Positions 21,845-29,886 of a DNA stretch of 64,000 nucleotides are shown piece after piece (the first letter of the stretch is position 1; each line of letters opens with the position of its first letter). The notes under the pieces are model-generated. The model was not told the DNA's origin. It searched no databases and worked only from the letters and a program-made list of their open reading frames with translations. A program made the translations under genes and the position numbers. Location of the stretch: NCBI GenBank assembly GCA_963823555.1, contig CAWGMA010000003.1, positions 448,001 through 512,000 of the forward strand, written 5' to 3'. Origin of the DNA: Candidatus Eiseniibacteriota bacterium (GTDB taxonomy: Bacteria; Eisenbacteria; RBG-16-71-46; CAVPCR01).

Positions 21845-23061
21845 CAACCTTTCCTTTCGGGAGCGGGATTCTCGTTGGCGGCGGGAGCCTCGTTGGCGGC
21901 GGAGGCCGGGGCGAGGCCGAGCAGCTCGCGCAGGCGCGCGTGAACCACGTCGCCGTCGCGCGCCACCAGGGTCTCGCGGGTGATCTCATCCTCCATGTCG
22001 AGCTTGAGCTGGCCTTCCTTCACGAGATGGAGCAGGAACGTGCTCACGTTCTTGGCGTACATCTGGCTGGCATGGGCGGGCACGGTGCCCGGGAGGTTGG
22101 TCGGGCCGAGGATCGTCACCCCGTGCTCGACCACCGTCTGGTCCGGGCGCGTGAGCTCGCAGTTGCCACCGCGCTCGGCTGCCAGATCGACGACCACCGA
22201 GCCGGGGGCCATGCGCTGGACGGCGTCCTTGGTGACGAGAACCGGGGCCCGCTTGCCGGGGACGGCCGCCGTGGTGATGACGACATCGAATTGCCCGATC
22301 GCGGCGGCCATCGCCTCCTGCTGGCGGCGGTAGAAGTCCTCGCCCATGGCTCGCGCGTAGCCGCCCTTGTCCTCCGCGTCGCCGGCGTCGACGTTGAGCT
22401 CGAGGAACTTCGCCCCCATGCTCATCACCTGTTCCTTGGCCGCGGCCCGCACGTCATAGGCCTCCACCCTCGCGCCGAGGCGACGGGCGGTGGCGATGGC
22501 CTGGAGGCCGGCGACTCCCGCGCCCATGACCAGCACACGCGCCGGCGCCAGCGTGCCGGCTGCGGTCATCATCATGGGGAAGATGCGCGGCAGTGCGATG
22601 GCGGCGAGGAGCACGGCCTTGTACCCGGCGAGCGAGGCCATCGAGGACAGGACGTCCATGCTCTGCGCGCGCGTGATGCGCGGCATCAGCTCGAGCGCGA
22701 AGAGCGAGACGCCGCTCGGTGCGAGCTCCTTCACGTGTTCGGGGGCCGAGAGCGGATCGAGCATGCCGACGAGGACCTGTCCGCGGCGGAGGTGGGCCAT
22801 GTCGGCACGGCCGGCCTCGGGGTTGGCTCCGGCGGCGCGCACGGTGAGGAGGATGTCCGAACCGGCGAACACGTCCGCGCGGGAGGCGACGATCTCCGCC
22901 CCCTTCTCCTCATAGGCCGCATCGAGGAACCCGGCGTCGGCACCCGCACCGGCCTGGATCTTGATCTTGAGTCCGGCCTTGGTGAGGCCAGCCAGAGAGG
23001 CGGGGATCAAGGCGACTCGCTTCTCGCCCGGAAACGATTCCTTGGGAATGCCGACGATCAT
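21844..23061 (-). CDS. pntAA: NAD(P) transhydrogenase subunit alpha part 1
   Basis: GIPKE, PRITRAQSMDVLSS, GAGVAGLQA, DLAAERGGNC. Confidence 0.97.
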   Translation of the reverse strand: MIVGIPKESFPGEKRVALIPASLAGLTKAGLKIKIQAGAGADAGFLDAAYEEKGAEIVASRADVFAGSDILLTVRAAGANPEAGRADMAHLRRGQVLVGMLDPLSAPEHVKELAPSGVSLFALELMPRITRAQSMDVLSSMASLAGYKAVLLAAIALPRIFPMMMTAAGTLAPARVLVMGAGVAGLQAIATARRLGARVEAYDVRAAAKEQVMSMGAKFLELNVDAGDAEDKGGYARAMGEDFYRRQQEAMAAAIGQFDVVITTAAVPGKRAPVLVTKDAVQRMAPGSVVVDLAAERGGNCELTRPDQTVVEHGVTILGPTNLPGTVPAHASQMYAKNVSTFLLHLVKEGQLKLDMEDEITRETLVARDGDVVHARLRELLGLAPASAANEAPAANENPAPERKG

Positions 23062-23193
23062 GGCGTGGACCTCGAGCGTCTTCGCTCTGCGACCGATACC
23101 CATCCGCATCCGGGCTGGCGGTCGCGGCCAGTCGGGGCGGGATCCGGTGGCGCGGAGGGCGCGCTCCGGGCCGCTCGGGCGAGCGGCCGGAGG

Positions 23194-23221
23194 ATTATAC
23201 GCATTTCACGCCGGCTGTCAT
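23194..23221 (-). promoter_or_regulatory. Sigma70 promoter of pnt operon
   Basis: Minus strand ATGACA-16bp-TATAAT. Confidence 0.65.
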
Positions 23222-23273
23222 CCGCTCCGATCGCGAGGACGGGTGTGGTGCGAGATGCGGCCTCGCGGGTGGC

Positions 23274-23711
23274 CTAAGTCCCGATCAGAGCGGAGTGTTC
23301 GACCATCAGACAGCGGTCCATGACCACGAGGATGCCGGCATCGCGGGCGCGTGCGGCCGCCCCCTCGTCGACGATGCCGATCTGCATCCAGATCGCGCGC
23401 ACGCCGCGCTCGATCGCCTCGTCGATGTGCGGGCCGACATGGGACGAACGGCGGAAGAGATCGACGATGTCGATCGGCGTCGCCGCCGGGATCGCGGACA
23501 GGCGCGGGTAGCTCGGTTCACCGAGGATCTCCCCGTGGCCGGGATTGACCGGGATGATCCTGTAGCCGCGTTCCTTGAGGTAGCGGGCGACCCGATAGCT
23601 CGCGCGTTCGGGTTTGGGCGAGAGCCCGACCACGGCGATGTGCCGCGCGTCGAGGAGGAGATCGCGGATCTCGTCGCGGCCGGGGTTGGTCCGGGTCATC
23701 GTTTTCGACAT
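23274..23711 (-). CDS. CoA-binding protein (YccU-like)
   Basis: IAVVGLS, IIPVNP, DIVDLFR, WMQIG, VMDRC. Confidence 0.92.
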   Translation of the reverse strand: MSKTMTRTNPGRDEIRDLLLDARHIAVVGLSPKPERASYRVARYLKERGYRIIPVNPGHGEILGEPSYPRLSAIPAATPIDIVDLFRRSSHVGPHIDEAIERGVRAIWMQIGIVDEGAAARARDAGILVVMDRCLMVEHSALIGT

Positions 23712-23817
23712 CCCTCGCTCGGGCCGATGGTGACCTGGCGGCCAGGCCGCCCGGAAGAGAGGGCGACTCTACCATGCGGGCCGCCGCTCCCGGCCGTGAT
23801 GTGGGATAATGCGGCCC

Positions 23818-25152
23818 ATGTTTCGGCCGGTCCAAGAACAGCTGGAGATTCTCCTGTCCGGATGCCTCTTTGCCGACGAGGTCGAGGGCGTCGACATCGG
23901 CGCCTCGGCTCTCGCCGTGGACGCGGCGCCGGGTGGCGGTCCGGGTACCCCCGCCCCGGGTCCGGAGCGGACCCTGCGGACGCAGATGACCGCCGAGCTC
24001 CGCGAGCGTCTCACCGAGAGCGCGCGCACCGGGCGCCCGCTCCGCGTCTACCTGGGCGCCGACCCGACGGCGAAGAGCCTCCACATCGGACACTTCGTGT
24101 CGGTGCAGAAGCTCCGCCAGTTCCAGGAGCTGGGCCATCAGGTCGTGTTCCTGGTCGGTGACTACACGGCCCTCATCGGCGATCCGAGCGGTCAGGAGAG
24201 CGAGCGCAAGCGCCTCACACACGAGCAGGTGACGGAGATGGCGCGCGACTACCAGAGCCAGGTCTTCCGCCTCCTCGATCCCGAGCGCACCGAGGTCCGC
24301 ACCAACGGCGAGTGGCTGGCCAAGATGTCCTTCGCCGACATGATCGAGCTGGCCGCGCTCTTCCCGCTCAAGTGGATCGTGAGCCGGCGCGATTTCGCCG
24401 AACGCCTCGAGCGCGGGGAGTCGCTGCGCCTGCACGAGACGCTCTACAGCATCATGCAGGGCTACGACGCGCATGCTCTCCGGTGCGACGTTCAGGTGGG
24501 TGGCTACGACCAGCACTTCAACCTGCTCGCCGGACGCTGGATCCAGGAACACTTCGGCGAGAAGCCGCACATCATGCTCACGACCCCGCTCTTGCCAGGT
24601 ACCGACGGGCGCAAGATGAGCAAGTCCTACGGCAACGAGATCGCCATCCGTGATCGCGCCGAGGACATCTACGGCAAGACGATGCGGGTGGCCGACGAGT
24701 ATCTCGCGAGCTACATCCAGCTCGCCACGGCCTTCACCCCGGAACGGAAGCGGGAGCTCGTCGCGCGCCTCGAGCGCCCGGGCGAGAACCCGATGACCGT
24801 GAAGAAGGAGCTCGCCTTCCATCTGGTCGAGCTGTACTACGGTCATGACGCGGCGGAGGGTGCGGCGGCGCATTTCCAGACGGTGGTCCAGGAGAAGGCG
24901 GCGCCGGAGGAGGTGGCCGAGGTGCGGTTGCCGGCTGAGCTCGCCCGCGCGGCGGCGGGGGAGGGCGTCAAGTGGCCCGACCTCCTGGTCGCACTCAAGC
25001 TCGCGGCGTCGAAGAGCGAGGTGCGGCGGCTCATGCAGCAAGGCGGGTTCTACGTGGAGCAGGAACCGGTGACGGATGTCGAAGCGCGCTACCGCGGCGG
25101 CGGGGCGCTCATCCGCCTCGGCAAGCGCAAGTACTACCGCCTTGCCGACTAG
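23818..25152 (+). CDS. tyrS: Tyrosine--tRNA ligase
   Basis: GADPTAKSLHIGH, QGYD, GGYDQ, KMSKS, C-terminal S4-like domain. Confidence 0.96.
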   Translation: MFRPVQEQLEILLSGCLFADEVEGVDIGASALAVDAAPGGGPGTPAPGPERTLRTQMTAELRERLTESARTGRPLRVYLGADPTAKSLHIGHFVSVQKLRQFQELGHQVVFLVGDYTALIGDPSGQESERKRLTHEQVTEMARDYQSQVFRLLDPERTEVRTNGEWLAKMSFADMIELAALFPLKWIVSRRDFAERLERGESLRLHETLYSIMQGYDAHALRCDVQVGGYDQHFNLLAGRWIQEHFGEKPHIMLTTPLLPGTDGRKMSKSYGNEIAIRDRAEDIYGKTMRVADEYLASYIQLATAFTPERKRELVARLERPGENPMTVKKELAFHLVELYYGHDAAEGAAAHFQTVVQEKAAPEEVAEVRLPAELARAAAGEGVKWPDLLVALKLAASKSEVRRLMQQGGFYVEQEPVTDVEARYRGGGALIRLGKRKYYRLAD

Positions 25153-25255
25153 GTCCGGGCCGCCGGAACGGGAGCGGCGCCGCGGGCGCTCCCGGGCTCC
25201 CCGTTCCGGGGGGCGAGGGGGGCGCCGGGAGGGCGCCACCACCCGCGCCACGCTG

Positions 25256-27130
25256 ATGCGCCTGCCAGGGTCTCTACGGTGGGTTTCCGGCTTCAATGCC
25301 GTGCTCGAGCGCTTGCCGGGACCGGTGTGGGCGGTGGCGGGGGCGGTGCTGGCTCTTGCCTTTCTCCTTCTCGCTTGCCGCGGCGCGCCGGTCGGCACCG
25401 CCGTCGCGGACGACTACGCCTACCTCGGAAAGCTGCTCTTTGCCGGGAAAATCGACCTCTTCGATTCGATGGGATCGCCCTTCTACTGGCGCCCGCTGAG
25501 CCGGCAGGTCTACTTCTCCGCGGTCGGCCCCTGGCTCAGGGTGGCGCCCTGGGGGGCGGTGGCCTTGCATGCCACGATGCTGCTTCTCATCTACGCCGTC
25601 ATCTACCGGACGGCAAGGCGCATCTTCTCGCCGCCGGTGGCGGCCGCCATGGCGGGTTTTCCTCTGCTCGCCGAGCCGACGCGCGTGCTCCTGGCGTGGC
25701 CCAGCGGGGCGCATTATCTGTTGCTCCTCCTCGCCGCGGCGGCGGCGCTCGCCGCCGGCTTCGCCGGCAAGCGCTTGCCGGCAGCGCTCGCCGCGGGTGC
25801 GGCGCTCCTCGCTCATGAGTCTGGGCTGCTCGTCCTGGCCGCGCTGCCGGTGGCGGCCTATTTCCATTCGCACGAGCGCCGGCGGGTCCAGAGCTGGGCC
25901 CTTCTCGCCGTGGTCATCGGCGTCGCGTGGGCTGCGGGGATCGGAGTGGCGCGGGCACACGGCGTGAGCTGGCCTGCCGGCGGTGATGCCGCAGTCAGCG
26001 CGTGGTCCTCGGCGCCACGGGTTCTCATGGAGAGCCTCTCCGCACAACTCAACTTCGAGGACCTTCGCGGCGTCGACCGCATCATCCTGCTCTCGTCGTA
26101 CGGCGTGCTCATCCTCGCCGCGCTGGTGGCCGCCGCCGAAGCCGGGGCGCGGGCCCGACTGCGGCGGCAGGCTCCTCTCCTCCTCGGTGGGCTCATCTGG
26201 TTTGTCGCCGGCTCCCTCCCGCAGGTTGTCGTGCCGCCGTGGAATTCATGGCGGACCACGCTGCCGGCGCTCGGATTGGGAGTGGCTGCGACCTCGGCGG
26301 CCGGCGCTCTGCACCCGGGTCTTGCTGTGGGCCTGGCTGCCAGCCGCGGTCTCGGCCTCCTCCTGGCGGAACCGGCGCCCACCGTGGTCGCGACCGAGCC
26401 GCCATCATCAGCCTCGCAGATCTCCTTCACGCGGCTCGCGCGTCTGCAGCGCACCGTTCGGGCCACGGAGCGCGCGCTCCTCGGGCGCCATGCGGAGCTG
26501 CCGCCGGGTGCGGACGTTCGCTACTGGGCCATGCCGCGGATGACCGAACTCGCCTTTCTCGGCCAGGCGGCGCCGCGCGTGTGGTACGGCGACTCGACCC
26601 TGACCTGGCTCGGATTCGGCGGCGACCAGGGGTTCCGGCGCCGCCCGCCCGACGCGATCGTGCAGTTCAGCCCTGATCGACGCGATTCCGAGCTCGCCGT
26701 GGTCATCGAGCCCGAGGCGTTCCGCTTCTACGCCGGGGCGCGTATCGCCTTCAACAACGAGCAGGACCGGCTGGCCGATTCGCTGTTCACGCGTGCCGCA
26801 CGCGCCCAGCCGCGTCTGGCGCCTGAGTATCTGGCCTGCGTGGCGCGCGATCAGGCTCGTCTTGCCTACAACCAGGGTGAGCTCGCCCGCGCCGACTCGC
26901 TGAATCAGCTCGATCTGCGCTACGGCGGAGAGACTCCCTATCATGCGGCGCTCGCCGCGCATATCGCCTACCAGCGCGGCGATCGAGGGGCCGCGCGGCG
27001 CTGGCTCCGGGTCTGTCTGTCGCTGGATCCGAATCATCCCGAGGGACGCCAGCTCGCGCAGGCGATGGGGTTGACGCCGATATTCGCCGACCCCGGCGCC
27101 GAGGGCAGAGCGTTGCCGCCGGGTCCGTAG
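25256..27130 (+). CDS. Multi-pass membrane protein, GT-C glycosyltransferase-like, with C-terminal TPR-like helices
   Basis: First TM followed by ADDY...YWRPLS, about 10 TM segments, TPR-like end (CLSLDPNH). Confidence 0.55.
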   Translation: MRLPGSLRWVSGFNAVLERLPGPVWAVAGAVLALAFLLLACRGAPVGTAVADDYAYLGKLLFAGKIDLFDSMGSPFYWRPLSRQVYFSAVGPWLRVAPWGAVALHATMLLLIYAVIYRTARRIFSPPVAAAMAGFPLLAEPTRVLLAWPSGAHYLLLLLAAAAALAAGFAGKRLPAALAAGAALLAHESGLLVLAALPVAAYFHSHERRRVQSWALLAVVIGVAWAAGIGVARAHGVSWPAGGDAAVSAWSSAPRVLMESLSAQLNFEDLRGVDRIILLSSYGVLILAALVAAAEAGARARLRRQAPLLLGGLIWFVAGSLPQVVVPPWNSWRTTLPALGLGVAATSAAGALHPGLAVGLAASRGLGLLLAEPAPTVVATEPPSSASQISFTRLARLQRTVRATERALLGRHAELPPGADVRYWAMPRMTELAFLGQAAPRVWYGDSTLTWLGFGGDQGFRRRPPDAIVQFSPDRRDSELAVVIEPEAFRFYAGARIAFNNEQDRLADSLFTRAARAQPRLAPEYLACVARDQARLAYNQGELARADSLNQLDLRYGGETPYHAALAAHIAYQRGDRGAARRWLRVCLSLDPNHPEGRQLAQAMGLTPIFADPGAEGRALPPGP

Positions 27131-27181
27131 GCAAGGTCCGGCCTCTGGCGGCGCTCGCCTCGAGAAGAGCGCCTCGAGCCG

Positions 27182-29803
27182 CTAGCGCGCGAGTACGAGG
27201 CGCTGGGTCATCACCACGCCCGGCGCTTCGATCCGTGCGAAGTAGATCCCCGAGCCCAGGCCGAGCTTTCCGGCATCGATCACCAGAACATGCGTTCCGC
27301 GCTCGACCGGGCGGTCGAGGAGCGTGGCTCTGGCGCGCCCGGTCACGTCGATGACCCGGACCGTGACCGGAGCGGAAGCGTCGATGGCGAAGCGGAGCGT
27401 CGTCGTCGACGTGAAGGGATTCGGGGAAGGGGTGAGAAGCGTGAGCCCGGGACTCGGAACCGGCGGGAGGTCGGTGACAGCGTTCGAGGGATCGATGAGC
27501 GGGCGCTCGTAGACCCCGTTGCCGTGCGTGGCGGCGCGCAGCAGGCGACCGGTCGGGGGCGCCGTCCTTATGTAGACGACGGAAAGATCCATCACGATCG
27601 CCGGTCCCGGCATGCCGCTGACGAATTCCTGCCAGTTCTCGCCGCCGTCGGTCGAGGCATAGACGCCGAGGTCGTTCCCGAAGTAGAGGTGGTCGCGGTA
27701 ATCGGGATCGATGGCGATGGCCGAGGAGGGGACATCGGGGAGCGCCGTGCTGAGATCGGTCCACGTGGTACCGGCATCGGTGGTACGAAAGAGATGACCG
27801 GTGCCGAAGCCCGAGAACACCGCGTACGCGATCTCGTGGTTCACCGGATCGACGGCGAGGTCGACCGGGTAGCGATCGGGCAGCGTCCCGGTCACGTCCT
27901 GCCAGTTCTCGCCGCCGTCGGTGGTCAGGAAGATGCGGGCGCGCGATTCGACGGGCGCCGTACTGACATAGACCCAGTCGGGTGATGTCGATGAGATGCC
28001 CATCGCCAGCGCGGGGTTGCCGTCGAGCGGGGCCTCGTCGTTGGTCGGCGTCCAGTTCTGGCCGCCGTCCGTCGATCGGTAGATCTTGGTGCGTCCCGCG
28101 TACATGATCTCCGGAGCCGCCGGCGAGAGGAGATAGGGCGCGATGAAGGCCGGGGTCTCGGTACCCATGCCGGCGGTCGCCGTCTCCCAGGTCGCGCCGC
28201 CGTCGGTCGAGCGCCAGATGCGCAGGTACTGAGCTGATCCGTAGAGGATGTCGGGATTTCCGGGATGCATGGCGGTCCAGGCCCCATCGCCCCCGATGAG
28301 CTTCCGGCGCCACGACACCGATCCCTCGTAGAGATTGGTCCAGCTGTCTTGAAGGCCGCCGATCGCCAGGCTCTGGTCCAGTGCGGACGATGTGAAGCCG
28401 TTGTAGAACTGCGCGGACTGGTAGCCGCCGTTGCGTCCCTCGAAGGTCTGCCCGCCGTCGGTGCTCAGGAACACACCGCCATCGGTGCCGAAGTAGAGCG
28501 TGTCGGGGCGTGCCGGATCGTGGATCACGAAGTGATGATCGGCGTGCGCGTAGTCGGGCGGGCCCTCGGGCTCGCCCGCCGGGACGATACCGGTGTACGC
28601 CTGGTCCGAGTAGGAGACCGCTTGCAGCTGGCGCCCGCCATGCGTCGAGCGCCAGATATTGAGCCCGCCGCACAGGACGAGCGTCGAGTCATTGGGGTCG
28701 ACGTGTACCCAGTGCGAGTACCAGCCCTGGTAGGAGGCGTAGTTGGTGGGGTTCAGGCGCTGCCAGCTATCGCCGAAATCGGTCGACCGGTAGAGCCCGA
28801 GGCCGGCTTCCGCATTGGCGAGGCTCGCGTAGACGACGTTCGGGCTCGCCTCGTAGATGTCGAGCCAGCCCTTCCCGGACCACTCCTCCGGAAGCCCGTC
28901 GGCGAGCCGCTCCCAGGTGGCGCCGGCGTTGGTGGAACGATAGAGGCCGGTGCCGGGGCTCCCGAGATCGCCACAGGCGACATAGACGCGATCGGGGTTC
29001 GAAGCATCGATGACGACGTGCATCGCCATCAGCACATCGTGCACCTCTACCCAGCTCGCCCCGCCGTCGGTCGTCTTGTAGACGCCCTCGGTGGTGCCGG
29101 CATACACGATGTCGGGATCGGTGGGGTGCATGGCGAGCGAGGCGACACCACGCTTCTGGTTGTAGGACCAGTCGAGCGAGTGGTTCCAGGTCTGGCCGCC
29201 GTCGGTGGTCTTCAGGATGCCGATGCCGTAGGAGCCGCGGGTCAAGCGGATGGCGAGCCCGCCGAGCGCGTTCTGGTAGCCGTAGACCTCACCGGTCCCG
29301 ATGAAGAGGGTGTTGGAGTCCTGGGGAGCGATGGCGATCGAGCTGACGCCGAGGACAGGGAAGCCGGTGTCGACGAGATCCCAGGCATCGGCTCCGACGC
29401 CGGTGTTGAAGGTGCGCCAGAGCCCGCCGGAGGCGGCACCCGCCCACAGGGTCCGGGGGTTCTGGGGGTTCATGGCGACGGCGAGGGTGCGGCCGCCGAT
29501 GTTGTGCGGCCCGATCTCCTGCCAGGGATCGACGCCGCCGTCGGCGCGGTCGAGGGCGCCCCCGGCGAGCATCGCCTTGGAGTAGGCGAAGGCGGCGGCG
29601 TGGCCGACGTCGGGGATCACCTTCCCCGGATACGCGCGGGCGTTCGCCCAGAATTCGAGAGCGGCGAGGGCCTCGCTCGGCGAGGTCGGAGGAGCCGGGT
29701 CGCGGCTCGACTCACGCGGGGATGCGTACCGGGCCGCCACGGCGGCCACCATGACGGCGACGGCGAGCCGTAGCGCCGGCGATGTGCGAGGGCCGCCCAG
29801 CAT
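27182..29803 (-). CDS. Secreted BNR/Asp-box beta-propeller (VPS10/GH74-like) protein with T9SS-CTD-like tail
   Basis: Many S/T-x-D-G-G-x-T-W boxes, HADHH, GTDGG, tail PNPF...GSGIYFARI. Confidence 0.88.
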   Translation of the reverse strand: MLGGPRTSPALRLAVAVMVAAVAARYASPRESSRDPAPPTSPSEALAALEFWANARAYPGKVIPDVGHAAAFAYSKAMLAGGALDRADGGVDPWQEIGPHNIGGRTLAVAMNPQNPRTLWAGAASGGLWRTFNTGVGADAWDLVDTGFPVLGVSSIAIAPQDSNTLFIGTGEVYGYQNALGGLAIRLTRGSYGIGILKTTDGGQTWNHSLDWSYNQKRGVASLAMHPTDPDIVYAGTTEGVYKTTDGGASWVEVHDVLMAMHVVIDASNPDRVYVACGDLGSPGTGLYRSTNAGATWERLADGLPEEWSGKGWLDIYEASPNVVYASLANAEAGLGLYRSTDFGDSWQRLNPTNYASYQGWYSHWVHVDPNDSTLVLCGGLNIWRSTHGGRQLQAVSYSDQAYTGIVPAGEPEGPPDYAHADHHFVIHDPARPDTLYFGTDGGVFLSTDGGQTFEGRNGGYQSAQFYNGFTSSALDQSLAIGGLQDSWTNLYEGSVSWRRKLIGGDGAWTAMHPGNPDILYGSAQYLRIWRSTDGGATWETATAGMGTETPAFIAPYLLSPAAPEIMYAGRTKIYRSTDGGQNWTPTNDEAPLDGNPALAMGISSTSPDWVYVSTAPVESRARIFLTTDGGENWQDVTGTLPDRYPVDLAVDPVNHEIAYAVFSGFGTGHLFRTTDAGTTWTDLSTALPDVPSSAIAIDPDYRDHLYFGNDLGVYASTDGGENWQEFVSGMPGPAIVMDLSVVYIRTAPPTGRLLRAATHGNGVYERPLIDPSNAVTDLPPVPSPGLTLLTPSPNPFTSTTTLRFAIDASAPVTVRVIDVTGRARATLLDRPVERGTHVLVIDAGKLGLGSGIYFARIEAPGVVMTQRLVLAR
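28938..29650. repeat. About 713-bp direct repeat, copy 1 (copy 2 at 31622-32334)
   Basis: Appears identical at offset 2684; alternative-frame ORF translations also match exactly. Confidence 0.9.
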
Positions 29804-29886
29804 GGGGTCTCACTCCTCAGTGCTTCCGGACGAGGACCCTCTGCCGCTTGTCCGCGATGGCAGAGCGGCAGAGGGTCCCGTCGTTC

